Positions 30,554-40,640 of a stretch of 64,000 nucleotides of DNA are shown one piece after another. The position numbers and the translations under genes are program-made. The stretch covers positions 9,307-73,306 of the forward strand of contig CAYTTQ010000003.1 in the NCBI GenBank assembly GCA_964440795.1, read 5' to 3'. This DNA comes from an uncultured Desulfobacterales bacterium (GTDB taxonomy: Bacteria > Desulfobacterota > Desulfobacteria > Desulfobacterales > C00003060). The notes beneath the pieces are model-generated. The model searched no databases, was not told the DNA's origin, and saw nothing but the letters and a program-made list of their open reading frames with translations. Numbering within the stretch: position 1 is the first letter of the stretch; each line of letters starts with the position of its first letter.

Positions 30554-31351
30554 TCATGTTTCCATTTCTTTCGGGCGACGTCCAACGTCCATTTCCAGTA
30601 GGTCCTGGGCGAGAACCAGCGGGCCTGCATAGGTCTTGCGGCACTGGGCGGCCACATCGACGGCGTCGCACTCGGGATAGAAGTGAGTCAAGACCAGTTT
30701 TCCCACGTCGGCCGCCGTGGCGATTTCACCTGCCAAGGAGGGGGTGAGGTGCCCGGGAACCTTTTGGTCGTCAGGCAGGGCCGATTCACAAATCAGCAGG
30801 TCGGTATCTTTGGCCAAGCGGATGAGATTGTCGCACATGTCCGTATCTCCCGAATAGACCATCGAGGTGCCGTCCGCTGCGGTGAGCCGATAAGCCAGAC
30901 TTTCTTCCGTGTGATTCATGGGAAGACTGTCTATCTCAAATTCCGGGAATTCCAAGTGATCGGGGCCGCTGTTGTCGAGTTCCACGATATTCAATAGTTC
31001 CTGGGCCACTTCGATCCATTGGCCGTATGCCGACCGTAGATTGTCATAGAAGCTGCCGAATCCCTCGGCGGCCATTACGGAAAGCGGGATACGACGACGG
31101 CTTTGCGGGTACTTTGTGGCAAACAGCAAAGAGACGAATTCGCCCGTGTGATCGGGATGAAGGTGGCTGTAAAACAGATGGGATATCATGTCTATGGTCA
31201 CGCCGGCCTCCAGGAGGCGTCGCATGGTGCCGGCCCCGGAGTCGAACAATACCCGGGCAGTGTCTACCTTGGTGAGTACGGCGCAACTGCTCCGCTTCAA
31301 AGAGGGGACGCACGTTCCGGATCCCAAGATGGTTACCTTTATCCTACCCAT
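30554..31351 (-). CDS. RNase Z/BN-like MBL-fold hydrolase
   Basis: LGSGT, SHLHPDH, YSGDT, CES, GHLT and LVLTH motifs. Confidence 0.85.
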   Translation of the reverse strand: MGRIKVTILGSGTCVPSLKRSSCAVLTKVDTARVLFDSGAGTMRRLLEAGVTIDMISHLFYSHLHPDHTGEFVSLLFATKYPQSRRRIPLSVMAAEGFGSFYDNLRSAYGQWIEVAQELLNIVELDNSGPDHLEFPEFEIDSLPMNHTEESLAYRLTAADGTSMVYSGDTDMCDNLIRLAKDTDLLICESALPDDQKVPGHLTPSLAGEIATAADVGKLVLTHFYPECDAVDVAAQCRKTYAGPLVLAQDLLEMDVGRRPKEMET

Positions 31352-31364
31352 ACCTTAACCCCAT

Positions 31365-32015
31365 TCAAGCCGGTCCAAGCGATTGGCGGTATTTACCGGC
31401 GATTTTCAGGACGCGATAGACGGTTGCCCCGGCGATGTAGGCGATGTCTTCCGTGCCCAGATAAGACGAAATGGAAGCATCGAAATAGACATTGCCTTCC
31501 GCCGGGAATTCAGTGTCTCCTTCCCATAAGCAAAGAACCACCGGTACCCTGGGCAGAGAAGGCACGCGGAGCGCCACATCCCCCGGCGCCGTTTCCATTC
31601 GGCCCAATTGGCGGGCCACGTGTGAGAGGGCCTCGGGCCTTTCAGCCAAAGTCTTTACAAGCGGAGAGATCGCCCGTTTCACGAAGGACGGGTAGTAGAA
31701 TGTACCCGAGGGAACTTCTCGGAAGCTGATCCACCGGGTTTCCATGGGAGCGCCCGTTGCCTCGGTCAGATAGTGAAGGAGGAGGACCTGATCGGGAAGG
31801 GACAATGGCGTATCCGCTGGTTCGAAGGCGATATTGTCTTTTGTTACCTGCAGCCGGTATGTCCGTCCCAAATAAGAGATCGGCACCCGCTGTTCGGTCG
31901 CCGAAATCTGGTGCAGGTCAACCCCGGCGTTGTGACAACACCGCTTGATGTCCCGTTCTTTCAAGGTTTCCACGGCGAGCCTGCGAGCTTCCCTATAATC
32001 GTCGGGTGTGGGCAT
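31365..32015 (-). CDS. DUF3786 domain protein
   Basis: LLHYL, WISFREVPSGTFYYPSF, LPRVP and W.GD.EFP...YFDASI..YL.TEDIA motifs. Confidence 0.85.
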   Translation of the reverse strand: MPTPDDYREARRLAVETLKERDIKRCCHNAGVDLHQISATEQRVPISYLGRTYRLQVTKDNIAFEPADTPLSLPDQVLLLHYLTEATGAPMETRWISFREVPSGTFYYPSFVKRAISPLVKTLAERPEALSHVARQLGRMETAPGDVALRVPSLPRVPVVLCLWEGDTEFPAEGNVYFDASISSYLGTEDIAYIAGATVYRVLKIAGKYRQSLGPA

Positions 32016-32133
32016 ATCCCTATAGCGGTTTCTTCTTGGTGTCCGATCGGATATTCGAATTGAGTTTCATCCATTCTTGCGTTAAATTGGAGATTCGTCA
32101 AGCGTGGAAATGATTTTTGAAGGAAGGAAGCCG

Positions 32134-32910
32134 ATGGTAAATACAAAATGGATATATGTGGTGTTGGCAATCCTGTTTTTGGCGAGTTTTATGGGGGGAG
32201 ACCGAACCGTAGCGGGTCAAGCGGGGGACGAGGAGGTCGTGGTGGCGGATTTTTCCGGAATCGAATCCGGTTCCTTTCCTTCCGGGTGGAAAGCGGTATG
32301 GGCTCGGGACGCCTCGGCTGAAGACATTTATAGCGTGGTAAAAGAGGATGACAACGCTTACCTCAAAGCCGTTGCCGACAAGAGTGATATTCTTGTTGCC
32401 AAGGAGTTTACCTACGACCTGCAGGTATATCCCTTCCTGAAATGGTCTTGGCGGGCAGAGGTCCTTCCCGAGGGAGCGGATGAGCGGGAGAAAGACACAG
32501 GAGACAGTGGAGCCGGTGTCTACGTCGTCTTTCCGGGCCTGTTCAGGCCGGAAAATATCAAATACGTTTGGAGTTCGTGTTTGCCGGTGGGAACAACCCT
32601 CGAGAGCCCCTATAACAGCAAGACCAAGATCGTGGTACTTAGAAATCGTTCTACGTCGCTGGGCAAATGGGTGTCGGAAGAGGTCAACGTATACGAAGAT
32701 TACAAACGGCTTTTTGATGGAGAACCCGGAGAGGTGCAGGCCATTGCCATTATGTCCGATTCGAACGATACCGAATCCAAGGCCGTGGCTCACTATGATG
32801 ACATCCGCATCAGCAAATCCGGTTCGGAAGAAAAGGCGGAGGAAAGACCATCTGGGGAAGACTCTGTAGACGAACCTCAGCCCGCCGGAATGCCCGGTGC
32901 TTCCAAATGA
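32134..32910 (+). CDS. DUF3047 domain exported protein
   Basis: Signal peptide, YPFLKWSWR, IKYVWSS and IAIMSDSNDT...AHYDDI. Confidence 0.85.
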   Translation: MVNTKWIYVVLAILFLASFMGGDRTVAGQAGDEEVVVADFSGIESGSFPSGWKAVWARDASAEDIYSVVKEDDNAYLKAVADKSDILVAKEFTYDLQVYPFLKWSWRAEVLPEGADEREKDTGDSGAGVYVVFPGLFRPENIKYVWSSCLPVGTTLESPYNSKTKIVVLRNRSTSLGKWVSEEVNVYEDYKRLFDGEPGEVQAIAIMSDSNDTESKAVAHYDDIRISKSGSEEKAEERPSGEDSVDEPQPAGMPGASK

Positions 32911-32959
32911 CCGTTGGCCGTGTCTGTGGAATCCCTGAGGCTGGACAAGAGAGGCGCAG

Positions 32960-33496
32960 ATGATACAAGACGACGGGTCGACTCCTGGACCGGGAGGCTT
33001 GCATTATTACGCGAGGTTGGCGATTGAAACGGTGAGGTTGAACCGATCGGCCATGGCGGTCGCTTCGGGAGACCGAGGGGCGCTGGTGTTCGGACTGGCG
33101 GCTACCGCCGTGGGCAATGGTTTCAGCGTCCTTTTTTACTCAGGGTGGCAGGGAATCGCCTTGTTTGCGTGCTTTTCGGTGGCCACAGTCGTTTTCTTTT
33201 CTGCCTTCGTTCATCTTTTTGCCGGATACACGAAAGGGAAAGCCGAGTTCATGGGTATCATGCGCATCGTCGCGCTGAGCGGGATTATTGATTGGTTGGC
33301 CGTCATTCCCTTTGCCGCCTTACTCGTCACTTTGTGGAGCGTCGTCATCGCCGTGGTCGGGGTTCAGGAGGTCTACGGGCTCAGTAGGGGCCGCGCCGTC
33401 TTGTGCGTGATGATATCCGCATGTGCCCTATGGATTATCACCGTGGCATTGTTTTCCGGCCCATTGGCTCAGTGGTACGAAATTCCGGGAGGATAG
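32960..33496 (+). CDS. YIP1-like membrane protein
   Basis: Five hydrophobic helices and a QEVYGLSRGRAV motif. Confidence 0.7.
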   Translation: MIQDDGSTPGPGGLHYYARLAIETVRLNRSAMAVASGDRGALVFGLAATAVGNGFSVLFYSGWQGIALFACFSVATVVFFSAFVHLFAGYTKGKAEFMGIMRIVALSGIIDWLAVIPFAALLVTLWSVVIAVVGVQEVYGLSRGRAVLCVMISACALWIITVALFSGPLAQWYEIPGG

Positions 33497-33502
33497 ACCG
33501 GG

Positions 33503-33790
33503 GTGACAACAATTCGAAAACAGATGATGCACTTGCTTTCCGAAAACCGGTATCGTGCCAAGGAAATTTCTCAAGCGCTCGGCATTCCTGAAAAAGAGGT
33601 ATCGGATCACCTACGTCACATTGCCCTCACCGTCGGTCGTCTCGGGCGGAAGCTTTCGATTGAGCCCGCCATGTGCCTGTCTTGTGAATATCTGTTTAGG
33701 GACCGAAAGCGACTTAGCAAGCCCGGGAAGTGCCCGAGGTGCAAAGGGCAACACATTAGAGAACCGCGATATCATATCTGTGAACGGTGA
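33503..33790 (+). CDS. Predicted transcriptional regulator, HTH fused to Zn ribbon (COG3357-like)
   Basis: TIRKQM, EKEVSDHLRHI and PAMCLSC...F...KPGKCPRCK motifs. Confidence 0.85.
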   Translation: MTTIRKQMMHLLSENRYRAKEISQALGIPEKEVSDHLRHIALTVGRLGRKLSIEPAMCLSCEYLFRDRKRLSKPGKCPRCKGQHIREPRYHICER

Positions 33791-33848
33791 ATCACCGATG
33801 AACCCGTCTTTGCTTCTTCCCTCCGCCCGTGTTACATAGAAACGCCAA

Positions 33849-35210
33849 GTGAAACAGCAGACTGCAAAATCGCCTTTCCGGCAGTGGCTGGACGCCTGTC
33901 GGGTCTACACGGACCGACGGGTTCTATCCCTCCTTTTTTTCGGATTCTCCAGCGGCTTGCCCCTGGCACTGACCTTCGGCACCCTCAGTTTGTGGTTGGC
34001 GGAAGTCGGCGTGTCCAAGACCACCATCGGTTTATTTGCCCTTATGGGCGTTCCTTATACATTTAAGTTCCTATGGGCTCCGGTAATCGACCGGACATCC
34101 CTGCCCTATCTGGGCCCCCGGCTGGGGCGTAGGAGAAGTTGGGCCATCGTGACCCAACTGGCCCTAATGATAACGATCACCGGCTTGGGGGCTACGGACC
34201 CGGTGGCACAGCCGAGTTTGACGGCCCTGCTGGCGCTTCTCGTGGCCTTTTGTTCCGCCACTCAGGACATCGTTATCGATGCCTATCGCGTTGAGATTTT
34301 AGAAGTCGAACAATATGGCGCCGGTGCCGCCACCATCGTTTTGGGATACCGTCTTGGCATGTTGGTTTCAGGGGCCGGGGCTCTCTATGTCGCCACATAT
34401 GTCAGCTGGTTCGCCACGTACGGCTTGATGGCCCTCTTCATGTGTGTGGGCGTGGTTACCGTTCTGATAAACCCCGAACCGAAAGTGCGACGCAGTCAAG
34501 AATCGGTGGAACAAGAAAAGCGCATCGCCAGATACCTCGAAAAAAAGCCGCATCTTCAGGGAAGAGGCGGGCGAGTCCTTGCCTGGGTGTACGGCGCGGT
34601 AATCGGTCCCTTCGCCGAGTTCATGGGCAGGCGGGGATGGATGTTGGTTCTGCTTTTCATTCTCTTGTATAAGTTCGGAGATGCCCTGGCGGGGGTTATG
34701 GGAAACCCGTTTTACGTGGAACTCGGGTTTACCAAGATCCAAATCGCCAATATCAGTAAGGCCTTTGGTCTTGCGGCCACCATTTTCGGGGGCATACTGG
34801 GTGGGGTCCTGGTCAGCCGAATCGGTATCATTAAGAGTTTGATCGTGTGCGGAATTCTCCAGATGGTGTCCAATCTGATGTTTGCGGTTCTGGCGGTAAC
34901 GGGAAACGATCTGGCCATGCTTGCTGTTACCATTGCTGTGGAAAACCTGAGTGGGGGGATGGGCACCGCGGCGTTTGTGGCCTATCTGAGTAGTTTGTGT
35001 AACATTGCCTACACGGCAACCCAGTATGCGTTGCTTTCTTCATTTATGGCGTTTGGAAGAACCCTGCTCTCGTCGTCGGGTGGGTGGCTGGCCGACCATA
35101 TGGACTGGGTGAGCTTTTTTGTTCTTACCACCGGCGCGGCCCTTCCCGGATTGCTTCTGCTGTTGTGGATTACCAAGCGGTTTCCCCGTGTCTCTCCAAA
35201 ACAGACCTGA
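33849..35210 (+). CDS. ampG: AmpG family muropeptide MFS transporter
   Basis: GFSSGLPLAL, KFLWAP..D, RRRSW, SATQDIVIDAYR and TATQYALLSS motifs. Confidence 0.93.
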   Translation: MKQQTAKSPFRQWLDACRVYTDRRVLSLLFFGFSSGLPLALTFGTLSLWLAEVGVSKTTIGLFALMGVPYTFKFLWAPVIDRTSLPYLGPRLGRRRSWAIVTQLALMITITGLGATDPVAQPSLTALLALLVAFCSATQDIVIDAYRVEILEVEQYGAGAATIVLGYRLGMLVSGAGALYVATYVSWFATYGLMALFMCVGVVTVLINPEPKVRRSQESVEQEKRIARYLEKKPHLQGRGGRVLAWVYGAVIGPFAEFMGRRGWMLVLLFILLYKFGDALAGVMGNPFYVELGFTKIQIANISKAFGLAATIFGGILGGVLVSRIGIIKSLIVCGILQMVSNLMFAVLAVTGNDLAMLAVTIAVENLSGGMGTAAFVAYLSSLCNIAYTATQYALLSSFMAFGRTLLSSSGGWLADHMDWVSFFVLTTGAALPGLLLLLWITKRFPRVSPKQT

Positions 35211-35441
35211 CGGCCGCTCATTTTGGTTCCCGGTCTTTATTGCAAAAGTGGTAGTCTTTTGTCGACCGGCCCCTTATTCTGGTCCAGTCCATGGGTCCAC
35301 CTATCACGGGACACCATCCGGGGTCAACAAATTGACACCTTTGTTTGGCGGGCAGCAAACCAACCCCCCGCCTGCACGGGATATTACCGAAAACTGCCCG
35401 ATAATGTGAGGAAATTCCATGTGCAAGCCCGATCAGTCCGG

Positions 35442-35459
35442 ACGGCACAGTTCATGCTA
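35442..35459 (+). promoter_or_regulatory. Putative sigma54 promoter
   Basis: ACGGCACAGTTCATGCTA, with GG and GC 10 nt apart, about 45 nt upstream of the ATG at 35504. Confidence 0.55.
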
Positions 35460-35503
35460 CAAAGGCGATAGTACCGTGTCAAAAGGAAATAGGAGATCCA
35501 GGG

Positions 35504-36865
35504 ATGAAGGAGAATGTAGGGAGTGTGTTAGAACAAGGCGGCCTCCAAGCGTCGGGCTTGAGGCAAGGCCTTGTGGAAGAACCTGCGACCATTCCTACCT
35601 TTTCGGCCACCGGAGATACGGATCGAAAAGACGCCCAGGCAACGGCTCGGCGACTGAATATCCCGTACGTAGATCCATTGAGCGCCAATATCGAACCCGG
35701 GGCCCTTGCCCTTTTGGATCCCGACGTGGCCAAACGGCGGGAGGTGTTGCCCATTCGAGTGGTGGATAATGTTCTCTTGGTCGCTATGGCCGTGCCGGAA
35801 GAACGGATCGCCGTCAAGAGTCTGGAACTTCTTACCGGGTGTAAAGTTCGACCTGCCGCAGCGCCGAAAAGTGCGATTGTGGAAGCCTTGCAGGAGGCCT
35901 ACAAAAAACCGGATCCGGACAAGACCGCTCCCTCCGCCAAAAAATCAAAGACCGTGGGAAAAACCGACTCTCAAGCAGAGACCGGCGCGTTTTCCATTTC
36001 CGTGATTTCCAACAAGGGGGGGGTCGGAAAGACGCACTTTTCTATTAATATGGCCTGTGCCCTTGCTGACGCCGGGGCCAAGGTGTTGCTTATCGACGCG
36101 GATCTGGGAAGTGCTGATATCTCCAACAAACTGGGGATATTCCCCGAGCATCATCTGATGGACTTTTTGGAAAAAGACAAGGAAATGCAAGACCTGGTCT
36201 TCCCCAGTGAATTTGGTTTCGACCTGATTTGCGGCACCTATGGAGAGTTTAAACTCGCCAACTTGTACTATGCGCAAAAGGTAAAGTTCATTAAACATTT
36301 TCAGAAAATAGCCGAACATTATGATTTTGCTGTTTTCGACCTTGGTGCCGGAATCGCCCGAACAGTGCTCGATTTCGCTCTCGGTGCGGACGCAACGGTG
36401 ATTGTGACGACCCCTCAAGACCTGATCAGCGGTTATGCCTGCGCCAAGGCCGGGTTCTGCCGTTACAAAGAGCTGGAAGAGAAGCTGGAAGGCAAACTGG
36501 ACGGGTATGGTCCCACCTTCACATTTTCCCCCCTGATGGTAATCAACCAAACGAAGGACCTGGAGCAGGGGGTGAAGCTTTATGATTCGATTTGCAAAAC
36601 CGCCGATAAGAATATCAATGCCAGCGAAGGACGATTTCTTATCAAACCGGAATATCTCGGTGCCATTCCGTACGATAAAGAAACCCTTCGCAAAGTGGAA
36701 CAAACAAGAAAACCGGTGTTCCGCAATTTCCCTTATGTCAAGGTTTCACAGTGTATCCGCCACATGTCAAAACGCTTCTGCGATGCCGACGCGCCCTATG
36801 ATCCGCGGGTTAAATATCGACACACCTTCCGACGTTTTCGAGCCATTTTGACTCAAAAGATGTGA
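35504..36865 (+). CDS. T2SSE_N (GspE/PilB N-terminal) domain fused to a FlhG/MinD-like ATPase
   Basis: LNIPYVD...VLPIRVVDNVLLVAMAVP...LELLTGCKVRP, followed by SNKGGVGKT, IDADLGSA and FDLGAG. Confidence 0.88.
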   Translation: MKENVGSVLEQGGLQASGLRQGLVEEPATIPTFSATGDTDRKDAQATARRLNIPYVDPLSANIEPGALALLDPDVAKRREVLPIRVVDNVLLVAMAVPEERIAVKSLELLTGCKVRPAAAPKSAIVEALQEAYKKPDPDKTAPSAKKSKTVGKTDSQAETGAFSISVISNKGGVGKTHFSINMACALADAGAKVLLIDADLGSADISNKLGIFPEHHLMDFLEKDKEMQDLVFPSEFGFDLICGTYGEFKLANLYYAQKVKFIKHFQKIAEHYDFAVFDLGAGIARTVLDFALGADATVIVTTPQDLISGYACAKAGFCRYKELEEKLEGKLDGYGPTFTFSPLMVINQTKDLEQGVKLYDSICKTADKNINASEGRFLIKPEYLGAIPYDKETLRKVEQTRKPVFRNFPYVKVSQCIRHMSKRFCDADAPYDPRVKYRHTFRRFRAILTQKM

Positions 36866-36911
36866 CCTGCTTTTCCCCCGCCCACCGGTAGGAGATCTGT
36901 TTGTCGGCGGC

Positions 36912-37850
36912 CTATTTGGCTTCCGCCGCTTCGGCGAATCGGGTGTCGACCAATTTTTCCAGGTCGATCTTGCCCTTTAATAGCCCCATTTCGTCCAACA
37001 TGTAATCCTGAATGGCCGCAAGATCTTCTATAACGGGAAAGAGTCGGTTCGTGGTTATTCGGTCCGGCGGATCGGTTAATACCTTTTCCACCAGGGGTTG
37101 TTCCTGGCTCAAGAACGGAGCACCAACCACAGACGCGGCGGATGGCTTCGCCGACGCCGCGATTCCCGATTTCACCAAACTGTGGGTGAATTCCTGAACT
37201 GCATCCGGGTGTTTGTCTATGATATCGTCGCTCATGACTACGACGCAACAGGGATGATCGGCCCACAAATCCTTAGACAAGCAATAGGCTTCGCAATACC
37301 CTTCCGTGATGGCTTGGGTGGCAAAGGGCTCGGCAACCATGAAGCCGGCAATCTCTCCGTCTTCGTCTTCCTTGAGGACATCGGGCATCATCGCGGGAGC
37401 CATTTCTTCCAAGAACACCTCCACCCCGTCTTGGCCGCTTTTACCGGATTTGAGTCCTTTTTCCGCCAGTAGTCGGTGAAAGAGCATATTGTGCACTGAG
37501 AGTTGATACGGAATGAGTACGAACTTGCCAGAGAAGTCTTCGGCCTGAGTGATGTCGGCGTTTTTACTTTTGACCAGGACGCTACCGGCGCGATGAGCAA
37601 GCAGAATCAGTTTCAATCCCACTCCGGAGTAAAAAAGGTCCATGGCCGTGGGTGCGAGAACGAAGGCGCCATCCAGGCTTCCGTCGGCAAGGCCGTCGGC
37701 TATTTCCATCCAACCTGTTTTGACGACCGGTTCCAGGGTGCAGTGGTGAAAAGTTTCTTTACCCCGTTTTACCTTGAGGTCCGTAATCCCCAAAATGAGA
37801 TGGTCGGTAATCTGGAGATGTCCTATTTTGAGCACGGGTTTTTCAGCCAT
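36912..37850 (-). CDS. CmpA/NrtA-type ABC substrate-binding protein
   Basis: LKIGHLQITDHL, LDGAFVLAP, PYQLSVHNM, VAEPF and HPCCVVV motifs. ATG after GGAGG. Confidence 0.85.
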   Translation of the reverse strand: MAEKPVLKIGHLQITDHLILGITDLKVKRGKETFHHCTLEPVVKTGWMEIADGLADGSLDGAFVLAPTAMDLFYSGVGLKLILLAHRAGSVLVKSKNADITQAEDFSGKFVLIPYQLSVHNMLFHRLLAEKGLKSGKSGQDGVEVFLEEMAPAMMPDVLKEDEDGEIAGFMVAEPFATQAITEGYCEAYCLSKDLWADHPCCVVVMSDDIIDKHPDAVQEFTHSLVKSGIAASAKPSAASVVGAPFLSQEQPLVEKVLTDPPDRITTNRLFPVIEDLAAIQDYMLDEMGLLKGKIDLEKLVDTRFAEAAEAK

Positions 37851-38033
37851 GGTGGCCTCCTGGAATGGTGTCGGCCCCGTTTTCGAACGGGCCAATCAGA
37901 TGAGGCCGACTTTTCGCATTCGAAACTTATTAGGCAAGAGTTATGCCAAGCTGAAAGCGCTTCTCTTGAGGATGGCTACGTTCCTATTTTCGGCGTAATT
38001 AAATGGGGATTCAACGGCGGGGAGAAGGAGCGG

Positions 38034-38753
38034 TTACACGTCTTGTGAGAGGGCGCCTTCCTTGGCCAAGGCGATGAAATGGGCAATGTCGATTTCCTTG
38101 GGACACACATAACTGCAAGCGCGGGCCGTTCTGCACCGAGGGGACCCCGTTTCACCGTATAAGACCTTCAGCCGATCTTTCTTGGCCGTTTCTCGAGGAT
38201 CCATGACCCGAACAATATTGACCAGCACGGCGTTGGGCCCCAGGTAATTCTTTTGGGTAACACAGGCGGCGGCACAACAGAAACAGTTAATGCATCGGGT
38301 GGCTTCAACGTATTGGTTCAATCGTTGCGGCGAAATGCGATATTCGTCCCCTTCCGGATGGGTGGGGGCGGGAGCCATGATGTACGGTTTGGCTTCGTGG
38401 ACCCGTTCGTAGGCTCTTTCCAGGTCTACGACAAGATCCCGTATGAGCGGGGCCACCGTCAGCGGCTCGACCTCGAATACCCGGGTTTGAAATATTTCAA
38501 CGGCCCGCTCTACCAGAAGTTCGCATGTGAGAAGTGGTTTTCCGTTTATTTTCATCCCGCAGGTGCCGCACTGGGCGTGTTCACATGAAGAACTCCACGC
38601 CAAGGTAGCGTCCTGCTCGTCATTGATCTTTCGAAACAGGTCTACAAAGCGCAAAATCCCGCCCACTCTCAGTTCGTACGGCTGTATCCACGACCGGCCC
38701 GTATCCGGGTCATAACGGCTGACTTTCAATGTAATGTCATATTCACGGGACAT
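38034..38753 (-). CDS. sdhB: Succinate dehydrogenase/fumarate reductase iron-sulfur subunit
   Basis: SCEHAQCGTC, CINCFCCAAAC and CRTARACSYVCP cluster motifs. Confidence 0.93.
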   Translation of the reverse strand: MSREYDITLKVSRYDPDTGRSWIQPYELRVGGILRFVDLFRKINDEQDATLAWSSSCEHAQCGTCGMKINGKPLLTCELLVERAVEIFQTRVFEVEPLTVAPLIRDLVVDLERAYERVHEAKPYIMAPAPTHPEGDEYRISPQRLNQYVEATRCINCFCCAAACVTQKNYLGPNAVLVNIVRVMDPRETAKKDRLKVLYGETGSPRCRTARACSYVCPKEIDIAHFIALAKEGALSQDV

Positions 38754-38822
38754 GGCCCCATCTCCTTATCGACAGACACCCTTTTTTCGAAGGGACGCCG
38801 GATCCCGGCAGTCGGTGCCTTC

Positions 38823-40628
38823 TTAGTACTTCCTTTCAATTATCCCGAATTTTTCCGCGTCCCCCCCCCCCGCCTCGTGAATACTCATGTCAATGGGCCG
38901 GCGGTCGAGTGTGACCTTTCCGTATTCCGTCATGAAGGCGAGGGTGTGATAGTGGAATTCCGGGTTTCGTTCGGGATAGTCCTCTCTGTAGTGTCCCCCC
39001 CGGGACTCCTTTCTGGCGAGGGCGGATTGAGCGATGACCATAGACACGTCCAGCAAGTGGTTCAACTCCCAAAACTGAATGAGTTCCTGATTCATGGTCA
39101 GAGATTGGGAATGCATCGGCATCCGACCAGCTCTGGACTTAAGTTCCGTGAGCACGCTCACCGCCGTTTGCAGCCCCTTCGCCGTTCGGAACACGCCCAC
39201 ATTTTCCATCATGATTTGACGCAATTCATTTCGAATTCTGGCGTAGTTTTCTTTCCCCTTGGCAGCAAAATAGGCTGAGAACTGAGAAAAAACGCGGGCT
39301 CCCGCGTCTTTGGGAAGGGAGGATGGGGGAAAGTCGGCGTCGGATAAGTACTGCGTTACTTGCTCACCCACGACCTTGCCCATGGTAATGAGTTCAAGAA
39401 GAGAGTTGGTGCCCAATCGGTTGTGCCCGTGGAGGCTGGCCGCAGCGAATTCACCACAGGCATACAGTCCGGGAACCGTCTCCGTGGCATTTGTATGGAT
39501 TTCTCCCAAGAGGTTTGTGGGCGCTCCCCCCATCTGGTAATGGGCTGTCGGGGTCACCGGGCAGAGCTCACACTGGGGATCCACATTGACGAATTTTTTA
39601 AAGAAGCCACATACTTCTTGGATCTTGGTCCGGTGAACGTGTTCAGGGATATGTTTCAAATCAAGCCATACGTGGGGTAGCTTGTGGTCGCCGTGCATGC
39701 ACCCCCTGCCTTCTTGGATTTCTTTCATAATGCAGCGGGAGACGAGATCTCTCGGCGCCAGGTCTTTTGCCGTAGGGGCATAGCGGGCCATAAACGGTTC
39801 GCCTTCCGCGTTTCTGAGTATTGCGCCTTCCCCCCTAAGCGCTTCGCTGGCCAGGATGCCCGGACCGACAATGCCGGTGGGGTGAAACTGAACCGCTTCC
39901 ACATCCATCACGGGCAGGCCCGCTTCCAGGATCAGGGCCAGGCCATCCCCCGTATTTTGTTTGCAGTTGGTACTGACCTGGTACATGCGGGTCTTTCCCC
40001 CGGTGGCCATGACCGTGGCTTTGGCCAAGATGGCGACAAATTTTCCGCTCGCCTCCATAAAGGCAACGGCCCCGATACACCGGCCCTCGTGAAAGAGGAG
40101 CTCCGTCGCCAAACTCTGGTTCAAAAAACTGACTTCGTGTTTCAAGGCTTCACCCCAGAGGGTGTCCATAATGCCTTTGCCGGTGCGATCGGCCTCATAA
40201 CAAGCGCGAAATGCCTTGACTCGGCCGAAATCCAGCATGTGGCCCCCAAAGGGCCTCTTAGCGATGCGACCTCCCTCCGTACGGCTGAAATGCATACCCC
40301 GTCTTTCCAGCCATACGATTTGTGACCATGCGGATTCGCAAACCTGCCGAATAATATTTTGGTCCGCCGAGCAGTCCGAGCCTTTCCAGGTGTCGAACAT
40401 ATGGTAAACAACCTTGTCTACCGGGTCTTTGGGATCCACGGCCGCCACGCCCCCTTGGGCGGTGGAGGTGTGTGATTTTTGAGGGCTATGCACTTTTGTC
40501 AGGGCGACAATGCTCGTCCCCGGGCGATTCTCGCATATGGCCGCGGCGCATCTCAGTCCCGCCCCGCCGGCACCCACGATGAGTACGTCCGGTCTTAGTA
40601 CGGAATCAATTTTGAATCGTGAGGTCAA
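38823..40628 (-). CDS. sdhA: Succinate dehydrogenase/fumarate reductase flavoprotein
   Basis: GAGGAG, SHTSTAQGG (FAD His), QFHPTG, SEALRGEG, HYQMGG, HGHNRLGTNSL and ESRGGH motifs. Confidence 0.96.
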   Translation of the reverse strand: MTSRFKIDSVLRPDVLIVGAGGAGLRCAAAICENRPGTSIVALTKVHSPQKSHTSTAQGGVAAVDPKDPVDKVVYHMFDTWKGSDCSADQNIIRQVCESAWSQIVWLERRGMHFSRTEGGRIAKRPFGGHMLDFGRVKAFRACYEADRTGKGIMDTLWGEALKHEVSFLNQSLATELLFHEGRCIGAVAFMEASGKFVAILAKATVMATGGKTRMYQVSTNCKQNTGDGLALILEAGLPVMDVEAVQFHPTGIVGPGILASEALRGEGAILRNAEGEPFMARYAPTAKDLAPRDLVSRCIMKEIQEGRGCMHGDHKLPHVWLDLKHIPEHVHRTKIQEVCGFFKKFVNVDPQCELCPVTPTAHYQMGGAPTNLLGEIHTNATETVPGLYACGEFAAASLHGHNRLGTNSLLELITMGKVVGEQVTQYLSDADFPPSSLPKDAGARVFSQFSAYFAAKGKENYARIRNELRQIMMENVGVFRTAKGLQTAVSVLTELKSRAGRMPMHSQSLTMNQELIQFWELNHLLDVSMVIAQSALARKESRGGHYREDYPERNPEFHYHTLAFMTEYGKVTLDRRPIDMSIHEAGGGDAEKFGIIERKY

Positions 40629-40640
40629 GGCTTGGCTCCC

